Assembly (NCBI GenBank): GCA_964592485.1
Contig: CAZQEY010000001.1
Coordinates: 456 to 64,455 of the forward strand
Direction of reading: 5' to 3'
Origin: an uncultured Planctomycetales bacterium
Lineage (GTDB): Bacteria > Omnitrophota > Gorgyraeia > Gygaellales > JAHJCI01
DNA: 64,000 nucleotides
Part shown: positions 1-8,458 of the stretch, one piece after another
How the letters are laid out: every line of letters begins with the position of its first letter
How positions within the stretch are numbered: position 1 is the first letter of the stretch
Translations under genes and position numbers: made by a program
Notes under the pieces: model-generated
Database searches by the model: none
Seen by the model: only the letters and a program-made list of their open reading frames with translations
Told to the model about the DNA's origin: nothing

Positions 1-926
1 CTAACAATATTTCTCCATGGATTCTGGATTTGAGCCTCCTCGTTTTTATTTTGCAATAGAGTAACATCGTCTGAAAAACCAAGTTCTGAGACGAGTTTCT
101 GCAGGATAAAAGATGGGTCATCAGAAAAACGTACAATATGCCTATATTCATTTATGTCCCATTCTTGTATTGGCTCGTTGTGAGAGCTTCCTGGAAAAAC
201 GCAGATGTAACAAGGGAAATTATTACTTTTCAAAACATTAATCATGAAAGGAAAGATGTCCTCATCATTACCGCTGTACCCTACAATTAGAACAGGTGAT
301 GATTTAAGTATTTTTTCTAGCAGGTTCTTCTTTTTTTCAGCCAAATGTTGAATCTGATCTAATCTGAATTGCAGAGAATGAGATAAGCTTAAACATCCAT
401 GCGGTTTATAAATAACGAATTTTTTCAAAATCGAACTTATATTATCTGCAATCTCATGCTTACTTCTTATCAATGTAAAAGGCACTGAATATGACGCTAA
501 TGCTTTCTCGAAATATGTATCAAAATTGGTTGTAATGAGTTTGCGTAAAACACCAGCTTTCGCTAAAACGGCGATGCATTCATGATTCAGATTGGGTACG
601 GACTGATTAAGCCCGCCAATGAGTTCCAGGGTACTTCTCAATCCAATGTTACTTGAAAGTACCCACATAAAAGTCTCGGGTCTTAGTGTAATCTCTGTAG
701 TCCTTGATTTTATTGCTTCTAAGAATGGCTTCTTGGGCCAATCTTGTTGAAGAAGTCTATCAATAAAACATTCAAGAATAAATGCCTTCAGACCAATCCA
801 TGTTGGACAACCAGTTGGTGAAGGGACAGAAATACCTGCTCCAGCGAATATAACTAAGCCATGTTTTGCAGCTTGTTTAAATATTTCTTCCCTTATTGAT
901 TCATTATGAGAAAGGTCTGCTGACAT
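1..926 (-). CDS. SIR2-family (sirtuin-like NAD-binding) protein, partial; about 308 aa visible and the C-terminus lies beyond the window start
   Basis: Hand translation of the minus strand from the ATG at 924-926 gives MSADLSHNESIREEIFKQAAKHGLVIFAGAGISVPSPTGCPTWIGLKAF... It stays open down to position 3 with no stop, which is why it is missing from the ORF track. 'GAGIS' is the Sir2 Rossmann signature. Confidence 0.55.
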   Translation of the reverse strand, partial: MSADLSHNESIREEIFKQAAKHGLVIFAGAGISVPSPTGCPTWIGLKAFILECFIDRLLQQDWPKKPFLEAIKSRTTEITLRPETFMWVLSSNIGLRSTLELIGGLNQSVPNLNHECIAVLAKAGVLRKLITTNFDTYFEKALASYSVPFTLIRSKHEIADNISSILKKFVIYKPHGCLSLSHSLQFRLDQIQHLAEKKKNLLEKILKSSPVLIVGYSGNDEDIFPFMINVLKSNNFPCYICVFPGSSHNEPIQEWDINEYRHIVRFSDDPSFILQKLVSELGFSDDVTLLQNKNEEAQIQNPWRNIV

Positions 927-1024
927 TATATTTTCACTCCTAAATTTCAATATATTTAATTCTTAATGTAATTAATCTCCAATAGGATCGGTATGCAACT
1001 AATTGTTTTGAAATACAGCGGTCT

Positions 1025-1245
1025 AACGGCCGAGCTAAGCGAATTGCGTATAATGAGGGTTGCGAACAGAATATTAGCAACCCGGGTTATGCGCAATTTC
1101 GCTTCAGCGAGTTGTTGGCGTGTCGCGAATCAGCGCGCAGGCAACTTATCAGGTCGAGTAGCTATTCACATTCCCGAGTAGTTTTTGGGGTGAAAGCAGC
1201 CAACAACTCGCTGGGAAAGCGACAGCTTAGCTCGGCCGTTGCCGT
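1025..1245. ncRNA. GC-rich, highly structured element with nested long perfect stems; candidate structured RNA, strand and function unknown
   Basis: A 16-bp perfect pairing joins 1025-1040 (aacggccgagctaagc) with 1226-1241 (gcttagctcggccgtt). A 15-bp perfect pairing joins 1106-1120 (cagcgagttgttggc) with 1198-1212 (gccaacaactcgctg). An inner 7-bp stem joins gggttgc and gcaaccc. The GC content is far above the flanking AT-rich DNA. The + ORFs 993..1181 and 1112..1324 lie inside these stems and look spurious. Confidence 0.3.
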
Positions 1246-1270
1246 GGCGCGCAGCGACACGGCAACAATT

Positions 1271-1294
1271 AATAGACGAATGTCGTCTTTTATG
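1271..1294 (+). terminator. Short intrinsic-terminator-like hairpin (agacga-atg-tcgtct followed by ttttatg)
   Basis: A 6-bp stem with a 3-nt loop followed by a T-run. A near-identical copy lies at 1391-1414. Confidence 0.3.
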
Positions 1295-1297
1295 TTA

Positions 1298-1325
1298 TTG
1301 AATACAGCTCTAACATTAGTATAAT
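1298..1325 (+). promoter_or_regulatory. Sigma70-like promoter: TTGAAT, 16-nt spacer, TATAAT
   Basis: TTGAAT at 1298-1303 and TATAAT at 1320-1325. It would drive an ~80-nt + strand transcript ending at the 1391-1414 hairpin. A homologous arrangement (TTGAAATACAGCGGTCTAAC...TATAATG at 1006-1054) lies upstream with a 21-nt insertion in the spacer. Confidence 0.3.
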
Positions 1326-1390
1326 GACTAAATCGCTTATTTCAAGCATAAAAGTCGTCGACCAAGTTCGCATTTTGCCCGTAATAGCAT

Positions 1391-1414
1391 GATAGACGAA
1401 GGTCGTCTTTTCCG
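1391..1414 (+). terminator. Second copy of the agacgaaNgtcgtctttt hairpin
   Basis: gatagacgaaggtcgtcttttcc; a 6-bp stem followed by a T-run. Confidence 0.3.
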
Positions 1415-1507
1415 AAAAACCAATAGCAATTCACCTGTACTTAACTGCATAATTGGCGGAGTGAAAATTAGAGTAAGATACCCAGAAAGGAATCACCATA
1501 AAAAGAT

Positions 1508-1672
1508 TCTCTGTGGACAGGTCTGAGAGGTAACTCCCTTCACCAAGCCCAGAAATATCGCGCAAGGGGACGACCTCTCAAGACACAGCTATTGGGGAAT
1601 TTGAGAGGTATTCCTCGCTTCAAGCCCAGAAATACGGCGCGGCAGAAGAACTCTCTGTATACAGCTACTTAC
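1508..1672. repeat. Two tandem diverged copies of a ~77-80-nt unit, each able to form a hairpin
   Basis: Unit 1 (1508-1590) and unit 2 (1591-1672) share tgagaggta, caagcccagaaata, cgcg, ctctc and acagcta in the same order. Within unit 1, gagaggt pairs with acctctc and ctgtg with cacag. Confidence 0.5.
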
Positions 1673-1711
1673 CAGTTCCAAGTTAGGTGTCAATAAACCA
1701 CAGGATAATAA

Positions 1712-1849
1712 GGTGTGTGGAGATCAATATTAAGATTAAAATTAGGTAAGAAGGTTGAAGGAAAGAACCCGCTTGCTTTAAAGATTGATACTATTGAACG
1801 AATTGCCAAAGCGTTGAAAGTGAAGCCCGCCGAGTTGTTGAAGTTCTAA
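1712..1849 (+). pseudogene. Internally deleted remnant of an XRE-family HTH gene; paralogue of 3619..3834
   Basis: The + frame ending at TAA 1847-1849 reads ...LRLKLGKKVEGKNPLALKIDTIERIAKALKVKPAELLKF. The intact gene reads ...RLKLAKRIKQ[HTH]RIEGKNPPNIKLETIERLAKTLKTTPSRLLDF. The HTH segment is missing and there is an upstream stop at 1709. The 17-mer agttaggtgtcaataaa precedes both copies (1681-1697 and 3576-3592). Confidence 0.5.
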
Positions 1850-1869
1850 TCTTGCCATTAATTCTTCCC

Positions 1870-2742
1870 CTACTGTAACGCTTTCTTCGCTTCTTTGTAT
1901 TTTTCCTTAACAAATTGAGTTATCTTCTCAAGCTGTTCATCTTTACTTAGAGAAAAAAAATGGATATCTTCTAGACTTAAAGAAGCAGAGTAAATCAATT
2001 TGCCTTTTTTACCATAAGCCTCAATTATTATTGAAAGGGGGTTATCATGATATATTCCACAGAAAACTTTACTAGTCTCAATATAGAAACCAGAGTGACC
2101 CCATCCTCCAGATTTTAGTAATTTAAGTGACATCGCCTCAATCGCTACGCCAATCATATTTATAAGATTCTTAAAAGCAGGAAAACCATCAATATATTCC
2201 CACGAAACTTTTTGTACAGTCATGTTTTTCACCTCCAAAAATTTTAAAAACGAGTTTATAAAATACGTGCTAATGGGATTTTTACATTTAAGCTTCAAAA
2301 GCCAGTTTGCAACCTCGAACCAACGTACATGTTTATATGGTTTTTCTTGCTCCTGGTCAAAATCAATAGGAAATCTCGTTAATAAGATAACCTTTTTTAT
2401 AGGTACATTTGATATACTTAAAGCTGTTTTATACCGTTCTATTTGCCTATGTCCTAATCCAGAATCATGCTTAACTTCAATATATATTAACTTATCTGGA
2501 GAAGAGATTTTAATATCTGGCCTGCCCAGTTCTGTTGTTTCTTGTGTTGAAATTACGAGACTTTCATCATTCAAAAAATCAAAATCATTTTCTTTTACAC
2601 ATAGATGCCTCAGAATCTCTATGCAAGCAGAACGATCGCTCTCAAGCAGGGAATTAAGCACGAAAACAAAAGACTCTGTGAGATAGTTCTCGTCTACTGC
2701 TGAATTGTATTTTGATAAACTCGTGAATATATTATTAACCAT
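1870..2742 (-). CDS. PD-(D/E)xK nuclease superfamily protein; the track ORF is 1870..2790 but the start is likely the Met at 2742
   Basis: Motif ELGRPDIKISSPDKLIYIEVKHDSGLGHRQIERY (PD...E-V-K plus QxxxY). The first 16 codons of the track ORF overlap a strong hairpin terminator, so the second Met (MVNNIF...) is the more plausible start. Confidence 0.5.
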   Translation of the reverse strand: MVNNIFTSLSKYNSAVDENYLTESFVFVLNSLLESDRSACIEILRHLCVKENDFDFLNDESLVISTQETTELGRPDIKISSPDKLIYIEVKHDSGLGHRQIERYKTALSISNVPIKKVILLTRFPIDFDQEQEKPYKHVRWFEVANWLLKLKCKNPISTYFINSFLKFLEVKNMTVQKVSWEYIDGFPAFKNLINMIGVAIEAMSLKLLKSGGWGHSGFYIETSKVFCGIYHDNPLSIIIEAYGKKGKLIYSASLSLEDIHFFSLSKDEQLEKITQFVKEKYKEAKKALQ

Positions 2743-2754
2743 TTTTAGTGACCT

Positions 2755-2806
2755 ATAAAAACAAAAAACCTTTGCCTTCTTCGCAGGCAAAGGTTTTGCT
2801 TTTTGT
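2755..2806. terminator. Bidirectional rho-independent terminator
   Basis: An 11-bp perfect stem aacctttgcct / aggcaaaggtt with a 7-nt loop, flanked by an A-run upstream and ttgctttttgt downstream. Confidence 0.5.
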
Positions 2807-3175
2807 AACGTCCAGGTTCACCCTTCAACTCAGGACCCTACTTTCTAGAACCGTTATTAATGTACACCCTTTATAAGCCTTTGTCAACCTTTTCCTTAGC
2901 GCTTTTGGGTCTTAACAAACTGGTTTAAAACTAGCGGAATGCGGCCATTCGTAAAATATAGCTCTACTTCCTGGTAGCGGTCATGGAGATTGCAAGCTTT
3001 GGCAAATTCCTTATGTGATTCCGGAAACTTTTCAGGACCGTTGACCTACCCCCATTTATTGTACCACTAAGAATTGGGACTTTTAGCGTTATTTAATATT
3101 GATACAGCGACACCCGCCGCTGCTATAGATTTCTCCTGCCTGATAAATTTTTCCGGCGTAAGGTTGTTTAAAGAG

Positions 3176-3535
3176 CTAATGCGACCTTTCGGTATTATAA
3201 TCTTCCCCAGAGCATAAATCTATTGCTAATAACCAAATGCTCATTGCTTGACCCGCTAGTCTTACCCTGACTATTCCTTCCCAATACAATTGCTCTTCAA
3301 TGAAAACCTTAGTGCCCTCTTTAACTGAAAATATCTGTCCCTCAATAATTAATTTCGGTAATGCTTCTGCATCTTTAGCGAGAATTACATTAAGTAATTT
3401 TTTAATTCCTTCTTTGGTATAAGCTCCATAAGTATCTTTTTTAACAATATACGCCGATTCAGCAAAGCCTTTTGTTAAAAAATATATAGACAGTAAAAAA
3501 ATCGCAATTATCAATAAAATAATTGATTTCCTCAT
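3176..3535 (-). CDS. Small secreted or membrane-anchored protein of unknown function (119 aa)
   Basis: N-terminal hydrophobic signal or anchor MRKSIILLIIAIFLLSIYFL. No recognisable catalytic motif. Confidence 0.45.
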   Translation of the reverse strand: MRKSIILLIIAIFLLSIYFLTKGFAESAYIVKKDTYGAYTKEGIKKLLNVILAKDAEALPKLIIEGQIFSVKEGTKVFIEEQLYWEGIVRVRLAGQAMSIWLLAIDLCSGEDYNTERSH

Positions 3536-3618
3536 TTTAATCTCCCATCCTTTGTCAATTATACACCTTATTATAGTTAGGTGTCAATAAAACAAACACA
3601 GTGCGATAATACAGTGTT

Positions 3619-3834
3619 ATGAATACCGTAATTAGACTTAAATTAGCTAAAAGAATAAAGCAATTGCGCAAGAATCTTGGACTTACCCAAGAAAAACTTT
3701 CAGAAGTCTCAGGCATAGATTACAAATACATCCAAAGAATCGAAGGTAAAAATCCTCCCAATATAAAGCTTGAGACCATAGAAAGACTCGCCAAAACCTT
3801 AAAAACCACCCCCTCAAGACTGCTCGATTTTTAA
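3619..3834 (+). CDS. XRE-family helix-turn-helix transcriptional regulator (71 aa)
   Basis: LGLTQEKLSEVSGIDYKYIQRIE is a classic XRE HTH. Typical of phage and island control regions. Confidence 0.75.
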   Translation: MNTVIRLKLAKRIKQLRKNLGLTQEKLSEVSGIDYKYIQRIEGKNPPNIKLETIERLAKTLKTTPSRLLDF

Positions 3835-3937
3835 AAGCTTATCCTTCCTTAAATCATATATAAGCCATATATTTTGAGAGATATCAAGGTCGGCTGCAGA
3901 TAGGGATATATAAAAGGGGATTTCCAGTTTTATTGCA

Positions 3938-4579
3938 TCAATCACTCTGAAGCATCTTGAGTTTAATCCTTCTTCTTCGCTCTATAGCCTGGCACCAAGA
4001 TATACGGTGGTGCGGCGAAAGGCCGTTTTTTATGATCTTTTCCTCATGATTCTTAGTAAAAATGCCTTTATTATGTAGCCAATTATATTGCGGATATTTC
4101 TTGTGTAGCTTCAGCATTTCCTGGTCATGGTGGTATTTGGCTATAATCGAGGCTGCTGCTACACAAAGATATTTCTGGTCAGCATCGATTTCGGCCAATT
4201 GCCAACAGTAAATACCGCTTAGATTACGAAAATCTATCAATAGACAATTTGGCTTTAAATTTAGAGCTTTAACTGCCCTCTTCATAGCTTGGTCAATCGC
4301 CCAGGAGGTTCCTTTGGTATCTATCTCTTTTACTGTAGATTTAGCCACTGACCAAGCTCTTGCCTTTTGGATGAGTTCCTGATAGGCCTTCTTAAGCTGG
4401 CAATCATTCAATGTTTTGCAATCGCGGATAAGATGAGAGTATTTAAGGTTATAATCCAGGATTACCGCAGCTGCATAAATCGGCCCTGCATAACAACAAA
4501 CCGCCGCTTCATCAATTCCTGCTATTGGCCAGAATCTCTTGTCTTTGGCTAACACTAATTCTGATTTACTAGGTTTCAT
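3938..4579 (-). CDS. rnhB: Ribonuclease HII
   Basis: GIDEA..AGPIYAAAVIL (RNase HII DEAGRG-like catalytic motif), DCKTLN (DSKKLS-like), AAASIIAK. Confidence 0.75.
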   Translation of the reverse strand: MKPSKSELVLAKDKRFWPIAGIDEAAVCCYAGPIYAAAVILDYNLKYSHLIRDCKTLNDCQLKKAYQELIQKARAWSVAKSTVKEIDTKGTSWAIDQAMKRAVKALNLKPNCLLIDFRNLSGIYCWQLAEIDADQKYLCVAAASIIAKYHHDQEMLKLHKKYPQYNWLHNKGIFTKNHEEKIIKNGLSPHHRISWCQAIERRRRIKLKMLQSD

Positions 4580-4688
4580 ATTTATATCTTCGGTCGATTT
4601 TTCTCTTTAGAACCGATTGAAATTTCTCCTTAATGACTATATAGCCATAAGGGGTACTTATTATCAAGGCTAAATCTCAGAAAGAATT

Positions 4689-4733
4689 TACAAAAATAGG
4701 CCTGTCCGCTAGCTAATAGCGAACAAGCCTATT
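4689..4733 (-). terminator. Rho-independent terminator downstream of the large terminase gene
   Basis: Hairpin aataggc...gcctatt enclosing cgctagctaatagcg, followed on the minus strand by a T-run (tttttg). Confidence 0.45.
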
Positions 4734-4765
4734 ATTTATAAGTCGACTTCTTTTTTCTTTACGGA

Positions 4766-6445
4766 TTAATCATCTTCATCGCAACTATAAATATTATATT
4801 GTTTACCATAATCCCTGACATTGGGGTCTTGCGTAGCTTCCTCGCGAATTGGCTCGTCCTCGTCATCATCGCCGTTTAGATCGATCCATTTCGTTCCTTT
4901 TCTTTCTATATTTTCACGGCAAGCTCTTACAGCCATCTCCAAGGCATCCGGGCCATCATCGTGAGGGCCTTTCGGAAAATATCCCAATTGTACAAGAAGC
5001 TCTGTGTGTCTTTTGGAAAACTGAATCCTTCCGCTTTTAATAAGCACCTGCAGTGATTGAATCCTGGCGAGTTTATCCGTAGTATTGTTCAATTCTTCTA
5101 TAGGAGGATAGACTCCTCCTCTCGCCCCTTCATTTTTGATTGCATCTACCAATATGACTTGGAATTGATTTGACTCAAAGAAAAATTTGTTATAGTTACG
5201 TATCTTGCAGTATTCAAGGATGTCTTCGGTCAGTCTATCAGGCAGTCTTTTTGCAATATCAGCATCAATTACATAGATTATCCCCGTATTCTTATCGCGA
5301 GCTATCGTAATTATTGCGGAATAATCTCCTTGTCTTCCTTGCTTGCCAAGGCTTGGGTCACAGGCTCCAAATACCTCAAGGTCAAGTCCTGATGTCCGCA
5401 GTAATTCATCTACAGATGAATGATCTTTATCCCAATAGTAGAACTCATCTGGATTAAAATGGCGCTCTTTGGAGTTAACGGGTTCGTTCTGTTTCTCGGA
5501 ATCGAAACTCCATTCGCCTTCCTGTTCCCTTATCTCCATTAAAGTATAATAATCTTCTTGTTCAGGCCAAAGCACTCTTGTTCCTTCGAGCATTGCCTCT
5601 TTGTTATCAAGGTAGAAGGCATAGGCGGCTTCCTTTCCGCCTTTATCCTGATAAGTATCCCTGAAATTGAAGACAGCTGACCATTTCTGCCAAAGCTCAG
5701 GATGAGTCGACCAAGAGATAATGGCTTTATATTTCTTCTTACGCCAGCCAGGCATTTCATTATCCCGAAGTAGCTTTGCAAGCAGTGAATCGTAATGCAA
5801 AATTGTGCCAATGACTATGACATTCGTCTTAGGAGAACCCGCTTTAAGCACGGCCTTGGTAAACCAATCGTAAATCTTCTGGCGCATCTCCTGGCGAACC
5901 ACGTGCTCATCTCCTTCTATATCATCTGCGATAATCAATGATGGCCTTCCCTCCTTGTGGCGCCTTCCGCGTATCTTTTGGCCTGAACCGAGACTGGTGA
6001 CTTTAACGCCATTAGGGGTAATGATCTCGTTTTTCTTCCAGCATCTAGGCTTTGGGGAATCGTCTATAACGCATATCTCAGGGAAATCCTCGATTAATTT
6101 TTGATTGTTCTCCAGCTCGTATTTTATATGCGAAAGGTTATCCACTGCCTGATCCCTGGTCTCTGAAAGAAGCAGAATGTATTCTTCCTTCTTAAAGCAT
6201 ATGCACCAGAGAGTGTAAATAACGCTAACAATTGAACTCTTGGCATTGTCCCTGGGCGCTGCAACTGCTACGCGCTCATTACGCTTATTGCTTATCTCAA
6301 ACAGTAATTGATATATCTCCTCATGCATAGAGCAATCCGGCTTCTTACGATAGTGCTCGAAATAGATTTGAGCGAAAAGCCTGGGAGATTTCTCCGCCAG
6401 GTGCTTACGTAAATTTTTAATGCTATTGTTTATCTTCTCTGGCAT
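4766..6445 (-). CDS. Phage terminase large subunit (Terminase_6-like ATPase plus RNase H-fold nuclease)
   Basis: Walker A-like VAVAAPRDNAKSS (compare PRGHGKS), Walker B LIIADDIEGDE, C-terminal nuclease FGACDPSLGK...DYSAIITIARD. Confidence 0.7.
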   Translation of the reverse strand: MPEKINNSIKNLRKHLAEKSPRLFAQIYFEHYRKKPDCSMHEEIYQLLFEISNKRNERVAVAAPRDNAKSSIVSVIYTLWCICFKKEEYILLLSETRDQAVDNLSHIKYELENNQKLIEDFPEICVIDDSPKPRCWKKNEIITPNGVKVTSLGSGQKIRGRRHKEGRPSLIIADDIEGDEHVVRQEMRQKIYDWFTKAVLKAGSPKTNVIVIGTILHYDSLLAKLLRDNEMPGWRKKKYKAIISWSTHPELWQKWSAVFNFRDTYQDKGGKEAAYAFYLDNKEAMLEGTRVLWPEQEDYYTLMEIREQEGEWSFDSEKQNEPVNSKERHFNPDEFYYWDKDHSSVDELLRTSGLDLEVFGACDPSLGKQGRQGDYSAIITIARDKNTGIIYVIDADIAKRLPDRLTEDILEYCKIRNYNKFFFESNQFQVILVDAIKNEGARGGVYPPIEELNNTTDKLARIQSLQVLIKSGRIQFSKRHTELLVQLGYFPKGPHDDGPDALEMAVRACRENIERKGTKWIDLNGDDDEDEPIREEATQDPNVRDYGKQYNIYSCDEDD

Positions 6446-7133
6446 GGTTATCCGCCTCTTTATCGTTTTCGTTTATTTCGTTTGTTTTCTCTTTGGTCAA
6501 TTGTGTAATGTCCTTGGCTATTCCAGCCTGTTCAATGCGCATCTTAAGCGCGTTTATTCTGCCTTTTACTGCCTCATCCAAGACACCATTGTCAGTAGCT
6601 ATTTTCTCTAAAGTAATTAATTCTTCTTTTAACTCAACAAGGGTCTTTTCTTCATCTTGAGAATCATCGTGATGATAGATATTACTGATTATCTTCTGAG
6701 GTGCAGAAGGTAGATATCCTAAATTTTGCAGGCGTTCTACAGTCTGATTTTGAATTTCCCAGGCAAGGCGCTCGGCATTAATTCTTTCCTGCAAAGAGCC
6801 TTCACTTGAACGGGCAACCCGCATAAGATGCGCCACTTGTGACTTTGACTTGGTAATTAACTCGGCAATGAATTGCAAGGCTATTTCAGTAGTGGGTCTT
6901 TTAGAATTTCGCTGCCAGATATCCTCAAGGTCACGCTTGATAGTTTTCTCGCTCCTATCCAGTAACTGGGCAATAGCTGAGACAGAATAGCCTTCAAGAA
7001 TTAAAACTTCCACGCATTCTTGACGAGCCTCTTTGAATAAATCTTTTGCCTGTAGCATGCCATCTTTTATTTGTTTTAAAGTTTTATAGACTGGGATTTC
7101 TTCTTTGTTTGTAATTTGGTTATTATTTTCCAT
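6423..7133 (-). CDS. HTH DNA-binding protein (sigma-70 region 4-like), possibly the terminase small subunit
   Basis: ILEGYSVSAIAQLLDRSEKTIKRDL resembles a sigma70 r4 HTH. It sits immediately upstream of, and overlaps by 23 nt, the large terminase gene. The C-terminus is acidic. Confidence 0.4.
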   Translation of the reverse strand: MENNNQITNKEEIPVYKTLKQIKDGMLQAKDLFKEARQECVEVLILEGYSVSAIAQLLDRSEKTIKRDLEDIWQRNSKRPTTEIALQFIAELITKSKSQVAHLMRVARSSEGSLQERINAERLAWEIQNQTVERLQNLGYLPSAPQKIISNIYHHDDSQDEEKTLVELKEELITLEKIATDNGVLDEAVKGRINALKMRIEQAGIAKDITQLTKEKTNEINENDKEADNHAREDKQ

Positions 7134-7153
7134 ATTTAAATTACCTCTTTTTC

Positions 7154-8458
7154 TTATTTACCTATATATTTTTCAACCAACTCTTTTGAGACCTTATCTT
7201 CACCGACTGCCTTAATGTAGCGTTTGACTATGCCATCACAATAATAAGGATCGATTTCTATGCCAAAGCAAGTGCGGCTTAACATCTCAGCAGCAATCAA
7301 AGTTGTACCTGAGCCTAAGAAGACATCCATGACGATATCTTCTCTTTTTGAGCTATTTTTTATGGCTCTTGCAGCTAAAGCTATGGGCTTCTGAGTTGGA
7401 TGAATATAACTTGCCGTGTGATCACGTTTAACTTGCCAAAGAGTTGTTTCATTTACCGGCCCATACCAATTATGCACACCGTTATCTTCTTTCCAGCCAT
7501 ACATGCAGAATTCCGTCTGCTGATTATAATCGCCATAGCCTAAAGCGAAGCTCTCCTTTGCCCAGATTATTACGCAGGAAACATGATAACCGAGCCCTGT
7601 AAGCATCAGATACATCGGCCCAAATTGCTTATGGCCGTTCCAGAGATAGAAGCTTGAGCCTTTTTCAAGGTAAGGCGTAATATTGGTAAGGATTTGTTTC
7701 AGCCAGACTTCGTATTCTTCCTGAGTTAAGTTATCATTGTAAATTCTTTCCCAATTTTTTCCTCCTGTAGGCCGAGACTCTCTTGGATCAGGTCTATCGC
7801 CACCATAATAGTCAACGTTATAAGGTGGATCCGTAAAAATAAGATTTACTTTATTATTGCCTGTGAGTTTTGCTACGTCTTCAGGTTTTGAAGAATCACC
7901 GCAAAGGAGCTTGTGGCTGCCAAGTTCAATCAAGTCGCCTTTTTGAGTTACTGCTTCATCTTTATTAATCTCATCTTCAATATTGAAATTGTCTTCCTTT
8001 ATTTCTTCAGCCCTATCTAGGATTTGGCTTATTTCAGAAACGTCAAAGCCAGTCAAGACAACATCTAAATCTTGAGTTTTATTCAACTCGTTTAAAAGCA
8101 AAGCTAATTTCTCATCATCCCAATCGCCCCTTATCTTATTCAAAGCTAAATTGAGTGCTTTTTCTTTCTCAAGAGGTAAGTCAACTATGCTTGCCTCAAC
8201 TTCAATTAATCCCTGTCCAATAAGAATTTTCAGCCTCTGATGGCCGCTTACTAAATTGCCGGTTTGCCGATTCCAAACTAGCGGCTCAACATAACCAAAA
8301 GAATCGATACTGTTCTTAAGTTTTTCATATTCAGCGTCACCCGGCTTTAGATTAACTCGCGGGTTATATGCCGCGGGATTGATTTTTGAAATTGATATTT
8401 TTTGAATGTTCATTTTATTTCCCTCCTTATTTGTGAATTTAATCTTGGTCTTTCTCAT
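7154..8458 (-). CDS. ParB-like nuclease domain fused to an N6-adenine/N4-cytosine DNA methyltransferase (beta class)
   Basis: N-terminus ISKINPAAYNPRVN...SGHQRL (ParB-like). C-terminus IFTDPPYNVDY (motif IV DPPY) followed later by FLGSGTT (motif I), which is the beta-class order. This is the usual phage orphan methyltransferase next to terminase genes. Confidence 0.8.
   Translation of the reverse strand: MRKTKIKFTNKEGNKMNIQKISISKINPAAYNPRVNLKPGDAEYEKLKNSIDSFGYVEPLVWNRQTGNLVSGHQRLKILIGQGLIEVEASIVDLPLEKEKALNLALNKIRGDWDDEKLALLLNELNKTQDLDVVLTGFDVSEISQILDRAEEIKEDNFNIEDEINKDEAVTQKGDLIELGSHKLLCGDSSKPEDVAKLTGNNKVNLIFTDPPYNVDYYGGDRPDPRESRPTGGKNWERIYNDNLTQEEYEVWLKQILTNITPYLEKGSSFYLWNGHKQFGPMYLMLTGLGYHVSCVIIWAKESFALGYGDYNQQTEFCMYGWKEDNGVHNWYGPVNETTLWQVKRDHTASYIHPTQKPIALAARAIKNSSKREDIVMDVFLGSGTTLIAAEMLSRTCFGIEIDPYYCDGIVKRYIKAVGEDKVSKELVEKYIGK

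Noticed and set aside
993-1324. + strand ORFs 993..1181 and 1112..1324 from the track
   Set aside because: They lie entirely within GC-rich nested inverted repeats and promoter/terminator-like sequence. They have no Shine-Dalgarno and produce Arg/Ala-rich low-complexity translations typical of reading through structured RNA.
1508-1672. Type III toxin-antitoxin repeat array
   Set aside because: Only two diverged ~77-nt units rather than multiple short (~36-nt) repeats, and no adjacent ToxN/AbiQ-like ORF.
927-1869. Retron (msr/msd) interpretation of the structured region next to SIR2
   Set aside because: No reverse-transcriptase ORF anywhere nearby. The inverted repeats are nested rather than flanking a1/a2.
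2222-2686. + strand ORF 2222..2686
   Set aside because: It is fully antisense to the better-supported 1870..2742 nuclease gene, and its product is low-complexity.
5539-5811. Nested minus-strand ORFs in alternate frames (for example 5539..5811 and 9678..9887) and + ORFs inside minus-strand genes (for example 14104..14337, 55275..55688, 61095..61313)
   Set aside because: They are embedded in longer ORFs that have clear family motifs. They lack independent start signals.
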